Assembly (NCBI GenBank): GCA_013203345.1
Contig: JABMQF010000062.1
Location: 2,490 to 66,489 of the forward strand
Source of the DNA: Candidatus Woesearchaeota archaeon
Lineage (GTDB): Archaea > Nanobdellota > Nanobdellia > Woesearchaeales > UBA11576
Length of the DNA: 64,000 nucleotides
Direction of reading: 5' to 3'
A program made the position numbers and the translations under genes. How positions within the stretch are numbered: position 1 is the first letter of the stretch; each line of letters opens with the position of its first letter. Positions 9,134-18,571 of the stretch are shown here, piece after piece. The notes below the pieces were generated by a model that worked only from the letters and a program-made list of their open reading frames with translations, was not told the DNA's origin and searched no databases.

Positions 9134-9399
9134 ATGCCGAGTAAAGACCTAACCACAATGGCAACAGTCCTTGCTAGGCCTACTTTTCTTAAAATTGCCG
9201 GACCTGTCAAGGTCTAGCTTCAGCTCTATCTTTCAGGTCTGAACTTCAAAACAATATAAGACAGCAGTCTGCTGTCCTGGTTTCTGTTTTGATGAACTAA
9301 AAGATGACAGGCAGATTGTCTGCTGTTTCTGCTGAAGCTGCCCACAAATGCTAGACAGAGTCATGCAGTACTGCCAATGAGATAATCGAGGAGAGAAAG

Positions 9400-10587
9400 A
9401 TGAAACACAAGATCAGGAAGATGAGGAAAAACCTCAGAATGTACTACGGGTTTAGAGTATTGTGCGCTATGAATTTCATAATGCCGATATTCATGCTGTT
9501 CCTGATAGACAAAGGTCTCTCCTCATTCGAAATTGTTGTCACGCAGGCAGCATACACCCTGACAGAGATGCTGCTCACAGTCCCTTCCGGAGCGTTCGCA
9601 GACAAGGTAGGCAGGAAGAAGACGCTGATACTGTCAACAATAGTGTATAGTGTTGCGTTGGGTCTTTACGCATTTGTGGACTCATTCGTGCAGGTGCTAT
9701 TGGTTGAGATGGTCTTTGCAATAGCGAGCGCAGCGTTCCACGGAACTGGTGAAGCGTTCCTGTATGACACACTGGCAGAGGCAAAGCAGGAGAAGAAGTA
9801 CAAGAAGGTGTTGGGAACAGCGTATGCCCTACAGTCAGTTGTCATAGGTCTGGCCGCAGTGGCAGGCGGACTGATGGCAAAGCACGATCTTGCACTGCCG
9901 TTCCTTGTGTCAGCATTTCCAGTGGCGCTATCCATAGTGCCGCTGTTCTTGCTTGACGAGCCTAAAAGAAAGAATGTAGAGGACGCGTCCTACTTCAAGC
10001 TAATCAGGGACGCCACAGTGTATGTCGCAGGGCATCGTAGGCTAAGGAATATCATGTACTTTGTCGGCGTCACAACATTAGTAGGATTCATGGGCTTCAT
10101 GCTCTACCAGCCTATGCTGACAGAGATGGGAATGCCTATAGAATATCTTGGCGTTGTGATGATGGTGATGTCAGTCGCGCACGGACTCGGGAACAAGATA
10201 GCGCACAGGTTCGAGAAGAGACTGGGACACCTGGACCTGATGTTTGTTTTCACAGGTTTTCGGGCATTGCTTTACCTGCTCGTATATCTCGCGAGCGGGT
10301 ACTACCTGGTTGTGTGGGCGGTTGTGTTAGATCTCGTGTCTGGACTTGCGTCACCAATAGTGTCTGAGTGGGTGAACAGGCACTCAATGCCAGAGAACCG
10401 AGCGACAGTGCTGTCATTGTCGAGCATGGCGGGATGCCTCAGCTTCTCGTTGTTCTCGCCTTTGCTGGGACTTTACGTCGATGCGTATTCGTCACAGGCA
10501 TGCTACTTGCTGCTGGCGATAATACTTGGCGCGTATGCGTTGAGGCAGATAGCAGTGCTCCTCCTTGGCAGATTGTCGAGGGGGTAA
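9400..10587 (+). CDS. MFS transporter
   Basis: GAFADKVGRKK MFS motif. About 12 helices. Confidence 0.8.
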   Translation: MKHKIRKMRKNLRMYYGFRVLCAMNFIMPIFMLFLIDKGLSSFEIVVTQAAYTLTEMLLTVPSGAFADKVGRKKTLILSTIVYSVALGLYAFVDSFVQVLLVEMVFAIASAAFHGTGEAFLYDTLAEAKQEKKYKKVLGTAYALQSVVIGLAAVAGGLMAKHDLALPFLVSAFPVALSIVPLFLLDEPKRKNVEDASYFKLIRDATVYVAGHRRLRNIMYFVGVTTLVGFMGFMLYQPMLTEMGMPIEYLGVVMMVMSVAHGLGNKIAHRFEKRLGHLDLMFVFTGFRALLYLLVYLASGYYLVVWAVVLDLVSGLASPIVSEWVNRHSMPENRATVLSLSSMAGCLSFSLFSPLLGLYVDAYSSQACYLLLAIILGAYALRQIAVLLLGRLSRG

Positions 10588-10598
10588 ATTGTTTTTTC

Positions 10599-11567
10599 TT
10601 ATTCTTTTGGATAATAGCTTACCTTCATCTCCTCGATGTATTCCATGTGCTCTATGGATCTGATGAGATTCGGGAAGGTCTCTTTCAATGTTGTGATGAA
10701 TCTGTGGAGTTTTATAGAGTCCTTGAAATGAGCCTCTAACTCGAAATCAGGGCCGCCCAGTGCTTCTGTAGAGTATGCCACGTTCGGGTGCTGAGTCATG
10801 TGGTTGCGGATGAGCTTTATGTCTTCAGACTTCGCGTCCTTGAGATGTATCAGTAACTTGTAGAACCTCATGCCAAGTAAATCTGTGTTGAGGAATGTTC
10901 TGTAGCCGAGGATTATCTTATTTTCTTCCAGCTTCTTTATGCGGTATCTTACCACGCGCTCTGTCTGATTGATGGCTTTTGCAATGTCAAGACTGGTCTG
11001 TTTTGCGTTCCTTGTGAGTTGTGCGAGAATATTCTTGTCTGTGTCGTCGATGATATTCTTTCCTGGTTCTTTGCCTAATATAAACATCCTGTCCCTGTCC
11101 TTCTGCTCTGGAAGGATGAATGACCTCTCGAAGTTCCAGAATGTCGTCATCAATGTTATTCTCCTGTCCTCTATGAAATATCCAAAGAGGTCGTAGAACT
11201 GCTTCCACTTTTTCTGGAAATCATACTCATCCTCTGCGTAGAAGCTGAGACCTATATCCCAATCACCTAATACTGTCGTGAACCAGCTGGCGTGCTTCTG
11301 GAGGTAGTCTATCAGATCTTTTTCATCCTGTTTATAGGCGTTCTGTATCTTGAGCCAGACACGGTATAATTGCAGACCGAGCTTTGTGTGATCAATCACC
11401 GCAGTGTAGCCCTTGATGATCCTTTTTTCTTCTAATCGTTTTATTCTGTAATTAGTGACCTGCTTTGACAGGCCTACACGCTTTGCTATTGTGCTTTCAG
11501 GCATTCGGGCAGCCATATCCAGTGTTAAGAGAATCTTTCTGTCTTTTGTGTCCAATTCATTAGTCAT
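10599..11567 (-). CDS. tandem (duplicated) Lrp/AsnC-family transcriptional regulator
   Basis: Two HTH_AsnC-like segments: DRKILLTLDMAARMPESTIAKRVGLSKQVTNYRIKRLEE and DKNILAQLTRNAKQTSLDIAKAINQTERVVRYRIKKLEE. Each is followed by an RAM-like domain. Confidence 0.7.
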   Translation of the reverse strand: MTNELDTKDRKILLTLDMAARMPESTIAKRVGLSKQVTNYRIKRLEEKRIIKGYTAVIDHTKLGLQLYRVWLKIQNAYKQDEKDLIDYLQKHASWFTTVLGDWDIGLSFYAEDEYDFQKKWKQFYDLFGYFIEDRRITLMTTFWNFERSFILPEQKDRDRMFILGKEPGKNIIDDTDKNILAQLTRNAKQTSLDIAKAINQTERVVRYRIKKLEENKIILGYRTFLNTDLLGMRFYKLLIHLKDAKSEDIKLIRNHMTQHPNVAYSTEALGGPDFELEAHFKDSIKLHRFITTLKETFPNLIRSIEHMEYIEEMKVSYYPKE

Positions 11568-11686
11568 GGTTGGTTAAAAGCACTCATTCTATTTAAATAT
11601 TGTTGTTTTGTCAAAGAAATTGTTAGAAAGTTTGATATTACTTCTAAATACTACTTACTAGTAATAACTATTAGAGGTGGTAGGGT

Positions 11687-13192
11687 ATGTCTTCAGCAAT
11701 AGAAAAAGCAAAGAAAAAAGCAAAGCAAATCGATAGGGAATCACTCAATAAGTTAGGTATTGAGAGAACCCATGAAGAATACTACATAGTAGGCAACTAT
11801 CCCCCTTTGGCAGCACTTGATGATGTTGTAGAAAAAGGAATAGATATATTCGAAGGAGCAGGTCCGAGAGAAACAGACATCTACATCCATATTCCATTCT
11901 GTCTACAGTCATGTAACTTCTGTCATTTCTACTATGAGAAAATCGACGATCCTGATGTAGAACGTGCGCAGATCATAGGTGGAGAAAAATCAGCAGAGAT
12001 TGCGCAGAAAGAGAAGGACAGGATTGAAAAATATCTAAGCAACCTGAAACAAGAGATCTCAATGGTCGCAGAGAAAGTTGGAGGAATCACTGCAAGATCC
12101 ATCTACATAGGAGGAGGCACACCATCAGTGCTTTCAGCAGAACAGATATCTGATTTGTTTTCACACATACGACAGTATGTCAGTGTCCCTGATGAAGCTG
12201 AGATAAAATTCGATGTACACCCGCAAGTTGCACATGATTCCGAGAGAGTCGCGAAGTTCAAAGCACTCAGAGAAGCAGGTGTGAATAAGATAGCAATAGG
12301 TGGTGTGTGTCTGGATGACTCGGTCTGCAGCAAACAATCTCGGATGCATTCTGGAAAAGACACTGCAAAGCTAGCAATTGAACTCAAATCTGTTTACGGG
12401 TTCGACCATGTTAGGACAGATCTTATGATGGGCACTCAGAGGCAGACACCAGAGAACTGGGAAGCAGACCTGGACGAACTCATAGAGAAATGTGAGGTAG
12501 ACTGCGCCATGGCATTCCCATTAATGTTCAAGGCATCAGCACAGATATACAAATCATTCGTGCGTGATCCAGCAAAATTCCCATCAATCGAGGAAAGAGA
12601 CTTGCTGTATCTGATAGCTATTGAGAAATTTAAAGAGAAAGGATACACACAGGATTTGCTGTTCTACTTCAACAGAGAGTCTGAAGAGGATGACCAGCAG
12701 ATGCGAAAATTCAAGAGCCTCGATGAGACAGAGATGCTGTGCTTCGGCCCGACAGGATTTGGTTTTGTCAATGGGCACCAGTACTTCAACGCGCCTGACG
12801 AGGTATCATACAATACTGCAATCGAACAGGGAAAATTGCCTGTGTGGAGAGCGGCGAAGCTCACCGAGAGACAACTGTTCGAGAGGGATGTGATATTCGG
12901 ACTCAGGACTGCTGAAGGTGTTGACAAAGAGCGGATGATGAAGAAGTACGGACGTGATTTGAGTACTGAGTACAGCACGCAGATATCACAGTTCTGCGAA
13001 GCAGGACTGCTTGAGTCAGACGAAGAAGGCATCAGGCTGACAGAGATTGGAAAACTCCGAGGAGATGAGATTGCAGCAAGTTTTGGAGGCGATGATGTTC
13101 GCCTGAAATCAGAACAGGTTGCGATGAAGGAAGACCCTGCGGGTCCGGTACAAAGGTACCACTACCACCCGCATGGGCACAGGTTGAGGTGA
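11687..13192 (+). CDS. radical SAM protein, HemN/HemZ-like (coproporphyrinogen-dehydrogenase family)
   Basis: IHIPFCLQSCNFCHFYY has the Cx3Cx2C cluster-binding motif in the HemN-typical context. GGGTPS glycine-rich motif (IGGGTPSVL). C-terminal HemN_C-like region. Confidence 0.75.
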   Translation: MSSAIEKAKKKAKQIDRESLNKLGIERTHEEYYIVGNYPPLAALDDVVEKGIDIFEGAGPRETDIYIHIPFCLQSCNFCHFYYEKIDDPDVERAQIIGGEKSAEIAQKEKDRIEKYLSNLKQEISMVAEKVGGITARSIYIGGGTPSVLSAEQISDLFSHIRQYVSVPDEAEIKFDVHPQVAHDSERVAKFKALREAGVNKIAIGGVCLDDSVCSKQSRMHSGKDTAKLAIELKSVYGFDHVRTDLMMGTQRQTPENWEADLDELIEKCEVDCAMAFPLMFKASAQIYKSFVRDPAKFPSIEERDLLYLIAIEKFKEKGYTQDLLFYFNRESEEDDQQMRKFKSLDETEMLCFGPTGFGFVNGHQYFNAPDEVSYNTAIEQGKLPVWRAAKLTERQLFERDVIFGLRTAEGVDKERMMKKYGRDLSTEYSTQISQFCEAGLLESDEEGIRLTEIGKLRGDEIAASFGGDDVRLKSEQVAMKEDPAGPVQRYHYHPHGHRLR

Positions 13193-14712
13193 TGAGAATG
13201 AAACAAAAGAAAGTAAGTCTGGTATCAGCAGGCGTATCTAGGAATGAATGTCCGAGGTACTCAAGGTTCCAATCGCTTAACGCGCCTGGAATGTTTTACC
13301 TAAAGGCATCTCTGGAGAATGCAGGGTATGAAGTGGACCTTATCAACCAACCTACCGACGGTCTGACTGATGAAGAAGTCAGGAACGAGATAGAGGTATC
13401 TAATCCTGACTTCGTGCTGTTCAACCAGTTCTACAGCACAAGGGAAAGGGTCAAAGCCATTGTCGAGTCACTCGACATTGATTGCGTTGTTGGTGTAGGA
13501 GGACACGATCCTACGTTCAACGCATTTGAGACAGATGATTTTGAGGAAGAGTACAGCCATGTCGACTTTGTCTGGGCAGGCGAGGCAGAGACAGGACTGC
13601 CAGGATTCCTGGAGACAATAGTAGCTGGCAGCGGGCCTCTGTTGGTAGACCAGAGAGACAACAGAGTGCAGGATCTTGATTCCCTGCCAGTGCTGAAGCA
13701 CGATGATTACTCGGGAGACACCGGTTTCTTGACGACATCAAGAGGTTGCATGCGCAGAGGATGCGACTTCTGCACAACACCATCTTTCTACAAGGACGGG
13801 TGGAGGGAGAGAAGTGTAGAGCATGTCGGTGAAGAACTTGAAAACCTCGCAGAGAACGGGAAAAAATATGTGATGATAACCGATGATAACTTCCTTGGGT
13901 TCTCTGAAGAAGATCTTGAACGCGGACACAGTATACTACAGCGTTGTGCAGAACTCGACCTCAAGGTGATGTTTCTCACCATGACAGACAGGCTCATGAA
14001 AGCGGATAGCAAAGGATATCTTGAACAGTGGGCTGACGCAGCGTTCAGAATATTTATCGGTGTAGAGAATGGAGATGAGTGTGCTGTCAGGAAGCTCGGC
14101 AAATGCAAACGAAGCAAGGATCACAGAGGTTCGAGCCAACAGGCCATCCAAAGACTGTATGAGGTAGGTATTCCTCCTCTTGTAGGCTACATAAACTTCA
14201 ACCCTGAATCTACATTTGAAGAGTTGGCCAGCAGTGCAGAGTTCCTCTATAAATCAGGCATGGAAGCTGCGAAGTTCATAAATCTGACGCAAGAGCTGAG
14301 AATCTTTGAAGGTACAAGGACGCTTGAGAAGTTCAAGGAGGAGAACAAAGACTTCGAGATCATTGAAAGGGAGTATGTCTATAGGTTCGACAATCCTGCT
14401 GTTGATGACTTTTTCAGATACATGAAAGACGAAGTCAGGTGCGAAGTGACAGACGACACTGACCAGGCAATCTTTGACATAGAGGAACTGCTGTATGTGA
14501 ACAAGCTTCAAGACACAGATCTTGGCAAGGAGTACTGGGAACTTCGAGAGATGACCAACGAGCACAACTACTGCTTTTTCATGGAAGCTCTGGAGACATT
14601 CAGGCAGGGTGCTGAAAAACCTTCAGCAGGCAGGTTCCTTGAGGATTCTGTAATGCAGAAGAAGGCGTATGATGATTTGCAGACCAGGATAACTCAGCGA
14701 ATACAGACCTAA
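13189..14712 (+). CDS. B12-binding-domain/radical-SAM-like protein (non-canonical Cys spacing)
   Basis: N-terminal Rossmann-like segment (KVSLVSAG...GYEVDLINQ) typical of the B12-binding domain of class B rSAMs. Cys motif TSRGCMRRGCDFC (Cx4Cx2C rather than Cx3Cx2C). ATGA overlap with the upstream rSAM gene. Confidence 0.5.
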   Translation: MMRMKQKKVSLVSAGVSRNECPRYSRFQSLNAPGMFYLKASLENAGYEVDLINQPTDGLTDEEVRNEIEVSNPDFVLFNQFYSTRERVKAIVESLDIDCVVGVGGHDPTFNAFETDDFEEEYSHVDFVWAGEAETGLPGFLETIVAGSGPLLVDQRDNRVQDLDSLPVLKHDDYSGDTGFLTTSRGCMRRGCDFCTTPSFYKDGWRERSVEHVGEELENLAENGKKYVMITDDNFLGFSEEDLERGHSILQRCAELDLKVMFLTMTDRLMKADSKGYLEQWADAAFRIFIGVENGDECAVRKLGKCKRSKDHRGSSQQAIQRLYEVGIPPLVGYINFNPESTFEELASSAEFLYKSGMEAAKFINLTQELRIFEGTRTLEKFKEENKDFEIIEREYVYRFDNPAVDDFFRYMKDEVRCEVTDDTDQAIFDIEELLYVNKLQDTDLGKEYWELREMTNEHNYCFFMEALETFRQGAEKPSAGRFLEDSVMQKKAYDDLQTRITQRIQT

Positions 14713-14738
14713 TTTTTTTATTTTTTTTAATAACTTTT
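14713..14738 (+). terminator. oligo-T tract (archaeal-type terminator candidate)
   Basis: taatttttttattttttttaataac immediately after the stop of 13189-14712. Confidence 0.35.
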
Positions 14739-14765
14739 ATAAGCAAAGAATGCTGAAGTGGGCCT

Positions 14766-16454
14766 ATGGGACTTATGCTAGAATGGTTCGGGATAGAATC
14801 CATCGACAAGGACATCAAAAAAGAGCTGAAGCTGATTGATGAACTTCTTGATGATGTCTCTGACATAGATTCAGTTGTCAATAAAATAGGAGTGAGGAAG
14901 AAAAAGCTAAGGAATCTGCTTGCACCTAATGGAAGAAGAATAAAAAACGGATTCTCACTGAAGAAAAAAGTAAATGATACGCTCCAACCATATCTAAATG
15001 GAGAAAAACAGACTAAAAATCTAACCAAGATACTTATCCTTCACAAGATGCTCTCAGACTTTGACCATGATCACCTCTGGCAGGAACTTATCCAGCTGTG
15101 GAATGAAGAGTATGACCTTATACTAAAAGGAAATCTTGATGCTGTTAAAAATAATCTTCAAGAGCAAAAGCACATTGCAGAAACACTGAAAAAGGTGGTT
15201 GTGTTGGAGTTCAATGAGACCCACATCCATTTCGGCCCTAATATAGATGCAGACATTCACTGGAAATATCTCAAGAGACTTTGGACGATAGCTGTAAAGG
15301 AATTGAAGAAACCAGACGTCAAAGCAAAGATAACAGAAATAAGGAATACACCTCGTAAAGATGTTGATACAAATAGTTATGCATCAAACATAATACTTCT
15401 ACTTGAAGCATACAACAGAACATACAACCGAAGCTACTGCGGTCGGGAAAATTACCAAAGGATCTACGATGATGACAAGAAAGCGCTCCACAGAATCATG
15501 CGGAATTACTTCAGCAAGAAATGGACAGAAACAAAGGTATTTGTAGAGTTTGAGAAGCTCCTCATAATGCAACCAGAGGAATATGGCACGTTCAGAGGAT
15601 TCCAAAGGAAAGCAGAGATACTAAATATGATACAGCAAGCGGCTTCGTCGACAAACTTCAGAAGAGAATACTTCATCAAGAATATTGAAAACATGGTGCA
15701 GCACAACCTCGCGCACAACATAACACACATAGAGATCAGGTATCCTGTTCAACAATTAGAAGGATTCAAATTTTTCACTGAAATAATACAGGAAACTGAA
15801 AAGAAATACCCTGTGACTATACGCGCCATACAATTCCCTGTCAGAACTATTGAAGCATTGATAAAGTTTTATGAAGAATACTCTAAATTACCCAAAAGAA
15901 TTAGAAAATACATCGTAGGAGTGGACTTTGTCGGCGACATCGAGAACACTGAAGCTCTTAATCTGGCAGAGAAATCAGGCATCCCATTATGCGTGCACGC
16001 GGGAGAGCTTTTCAAGAGAAATACAGAAAGTGTAGAGCATGCGTTGAGAGAAGTCGAACTGGCACTTAATTTTCCAACAATCCATAGGATAGGACATGCA
16101 ACAATACTTGGCATAGATATTCGCAAATATCTTCAAAGCAAAGTCAAGCCAGCAAAGATTACAAGTCTTGTAAGGAAACAATCAGAACTGATATCGAGAG
16201 TGAAGAAACAAGATGTGTTCATAGAAGCAAACCCCTCATCAAATGTGCAAATAGCAGGACTGAAACATTATGGAGAGCATCCTATAGCAAAGTTCTCAGA
16301 GCATGGCGTCAAGTTCGCAATAAGTACAGACGACAGAGTGTCTTTTGACACGAATCTGAAAAAAGAGTTCTATAGGATTGCAAGGGCGTTGCGATGGACC
16401 TCTGAAGAGATTGACAAAGCAGCAAGGATGCAGAAAGAGGCTAGGTTGAAGTGA
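14766..16454 (+). CDS. adenosine/AMP-deaminase-family metallohydrolase with extended N-terminal region
   Basis: HAGE (CVHAGELF), IEANPSSNVQ (SxN) and AISTDDRVSF (TDDP-like) motifs of the adenosine deaminase family in the C-terminal half. A candidate HxH (ETHIHFG) upstream. About 250 aa N-terminal of this is not assignable. Confidence 0.55.
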   Translation: MGLMLEWFGIESIDKDIKKELKLIDELLDDVSDIDSVVNKIGVRKKKLRNLLAPNGRRIKNGFSLKKKVNDTLQPYLNGEKQTKNLTKILILHKMLSDFDHDHLWQELIQLWNEEYDLILKGNLDAVKNNLQEQKHIAETLKKVVVLEFNETHIHFGPNIDADIHWKYLKRLWTIAVKELKKPDVKAKITEIRNTPRKDVDTNSYASNIILLLEAYNRTYNRSYCGRENYQRIYDDDKKALHRIMRNYFSKKWTETKVFVEFEKLLIMQPEEYGTFRGFQRKAEILNMIQQAASSTNFRREYFIKNIENMVQHNLAHNITHIEIRYPVQQLEGFKFFTEIIQETEKKYPVTIRAIQFPVRTIEALIKFYEEYSKLPKRIRKYIVGVDFVGDIENTEALNLAEKSGIPLCVHAGELFKRNTESVEHALREVELALNFPTIHRIGHATILGIDIRKYLQSKVKPAKITSLVRKQSELISRVKKQDVFIEANPSSNVQIAGLKHYGEHPIAKFSEHGVKFAISTDDRVSFDTNLKKEFYRIARALRWTSEEIDKAARMQKEARLK

Positions 16455-16512
16455 GCAGATTAAATAACTCCTAAAATATTTATATAGAATCAACTGTTTG
16501 ATTTAATTCATC

Positions 16513-17499
16513 ATGATATTTCCACCAAAATTAAAACAAGGAGATGAAATACGAGTCATTGCTCCTGCCAGAAGCCTGTCATTACTATCTGAAGAGAATG
16601 TCCAGTTAGCCAAAGAGAATTTTGAAAAGCAAGGCTTTAAGATTACGTTTTCCAAGAACTGCAAAGAATCTGATGTATTCATGTCGTCTTCAATAAAATC
16701 AAGAGTTGAAGACATCCATGAAGCATTTGCAGATAAAAATGTGAAAGCTATTTTTACAGTAATTGGGGGTTATAACTCAAACCAATTATTGAAGTATCTT
16801 GATTATGAGCTGATCAAGAACAATCCAAAAATCCTTTGTGGTTATTCAGACATCACAGCATTAGCAAATGCGATAACTTCAAAGACAGGATTGGTCACTT
16901 ATTCAGGTCTTCATTTTTCTACATGGGCAATGAAAAAAGAATTTGAATATAATTTATATTATTTCAAAAAATGTCTTATCGATAAAGATGAATTTATCGT
17001 CGAAGCTTCCAAGACCTGGTCTGATGATGTCTGGTTCAATAATCAGGACAATAGAAAAATTGAGAAAAACGAAGGATTTGTAATCATCAATAAAGGAGAA
17101 GCAGAAGGGAAAATCATTGGAGGGAACCTTTGCACATTTAATTTGCTTCAAGGAACTGAGTTCATGCCCGATATCTCAAATAGTATCTTATTTCTTGAAG
17201 AGTGCTATAGCGGCGAACAAGAATTTGCAGCAGAATTTGACAGGCTTCTGCAATCCATCAACCATCAACCAAATTTTGATAAAGTGACTGGCCTTGTGAT
17301 TGGCAGATTTCAAAAAGAATCTGAAATGACTATAGAAAAGTTAGGACACATCATCAAGACCAAAAAAGAATTGGACAATATCCCTATAATCGCAAATGCC
17401 GACTTCGGCCACACAAATCCTTTGATCACTTTTCCCATCGGCGGATATGCAAAGTTAAAAGTCGATGATAAAGTTGAATTGAAAATTCTTGAACATTGA
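16513..17499 (+). CDS. LD-carboxypeptidase (peptidase S66, MccF/LdcA-like)
   Basis: IRVIAPARSL N-terminus, FTVIGGYNSNQLL, nucleophile motif GYSDITAL, C-terminal His region. Classic S66 layout. Confidence 0.8.
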   Translation: MIFPPKLKQGDEIRVIAPARSLSLLSEENVQLAKENFEKQGFKITFSKNCKESDVFMSSSIKSRVEDIHEAFADKNVKAIFTVIGGYNSNQLLKYLDYELIKNNPKILCGYSDITALANAITSKTGLVTYSGLHFSTWAMKKEFEYNLYYFKKCLIDKDEFIVEASKTWSDDVWFNNQDNRKIEKNEGFVIINKGEAEGKIIGGNLCTFNLLQGTEFMPDISNSILFLEECYSGEQEFAAEFDRLLQSINHQPNFDKVTGLVIGRFQKESEMTIEKLGHIIKTKKELDNIPIIANADFGHTNPLITFPIGGYAKLKVDDKVELKILEH

Positions 17500-17559
17500 T
17501 CGAGTAACTCGCAGTGTTCTACGCGAATATTTATATAAGCACAGGATCTTTTTATTTGC

Positions 17560-18240
17560 GTGAAACAATCCATCAGAAAGATATACAACAGGAAGGACAG
17601 CACCTTCAAGAAATTCAGTAAGTTAGATAATGAGTATACAGACCTCATCAAAAAGAATTTGGAAAAGGATTCTGTTGTGCTGGATATCGGCTGTGGCTGC
17701 GGCAAGCTGACAGCATCGATTCACAAGCATGCAAAGAAAGTGGTTGGCATTGATTTTTCTGAGGAGCTCATCAAGTCAGCCAAAAAAGCAAGGAACATAG
17801 AATACAAGATTATGGATGGAGAAAGGCTTAGTTTTCCCAAGGATTCTTTTGATGTCATCATATCCCACGCAGTGCTGAACAAAATTATGTGCAAGGCAGA
17901 CAAAGCGCTCAAGCAAGGATACAGGATTCTCAAGCCAGGCGGAAAAATCATCACCAAGATGATATACAAGAGTTGGGGTAAGGAGTTCGGTTTCAAAGAA
18001 GGATACAACAAAAAGGAAATACAATACATATTGAAGCAGATAGGCTACAAGAATATCGACATATCAATAACACGACAGACAAGGAAGATAAATAATGAGA
18101 ATGAAATCATTTGGCTCAGAAGCACAGAGGCTGCAGATTCTCCAAAGAACCTCGAAGAGTGGTTCAACATATCCAGACAGAAAGGAAAATATATCTTTGA
18201 TGACAGTTTCATGGTCGTATATGCTGAGAAGAGTGATTGA
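17560..18240 (+). CDS. class I SAM-dependent methyltransferase (GTG start)
   Basis: Motif I VLDIGCGCGKLT, motif post-I VVGIDFSEE, motif II/III region ILKPGGKII. Confidence 0.8.
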   Translation: MKQSIRKIYNRKDSTFKKFSKLDNEYTDLIKKNLEKDSVVLDIGCGCGKLTASIHKHAKKVVGIDFSEELIKSAKKARNIEYKIMDGERLSFPKDSFDVIISHAVLNKIMCKADKALKQGYRILKPGGKIITKMIYKSWGKEFGFKEGYNKKEIQYILKQIGYKNIDISITRQTRKINNENEIIWLRSTEAADSPKNLEEWFNISRQKGKYIFDDSFMVVYAEKSD

Positions 18241-18344
18241 GATCATTTGCCTGCGCCAGGCTTCTACAATTGTTAATCAATATACTCATTGTGATTTCTA
18301 TCTGCCAATAATGTCACACTTCATTCTATAATATCCCAACTTTC

Positions 18345-18352
18345 TTTATAAA
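18345..18352 (+). promoter_or_regulatory. TATA-box-like element (TTTATAAA) ~25 nt upstream of the small-peptide start
   Basis: ctttataaag at 18344-18353. ATG triplets at 18377/18380. Spacing is consistent with an archaeal leaderless transcript. Confidence 0.4.
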
Positions 18353-18367
18353 GATTGTTGCCTTATT

Positions 18368-18571
18368 GTGTGTTGTATGATGTATATGTCATCTGATTAT
18401 GCTGGATGTGGAAGTGGATGCGGCGGTGGCTGTGGTGTATCGCAGAGCTATGCTTCTGCAGATGGGCCTGGTGCTTCTGGCTACATAGGCAATAGTGTGC
18501 AACAGAGCTTTGCTGACTCGCCATCTTACGGGGTGCTACGGAGTGCCTGCGTGGAGTATAAAGGAACATGA
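18368..18571 (+). CDS. small Cys/Gly-rich peptide (candidate precursor peptide), 60-67 aa
   Basis: MCCMMYMSSDYAGCGSGCGGGCGV... The stop overlaps the start of the next gene (ATGA at 18568-18571). Codon composition is locally GC-enriched. Real alternative starts at 18377/18380. Confidence 0.45.
   Translation: MCCMMYMSSDYAGCGSGCGGGCGVSQSYASADGPGASGYIGNSVQQSFADSPSYGVLRSACVEYKGT

Noticed and set aside
18363-18569. 68-aa His-rich minus-strand ORF
   Set aside because: Exact antisense of the Cys/Gly-rich small ORF. The plus-strand ORF has the TATA box and is coupled to the downstream peptidase, so the plus strand is preferred.
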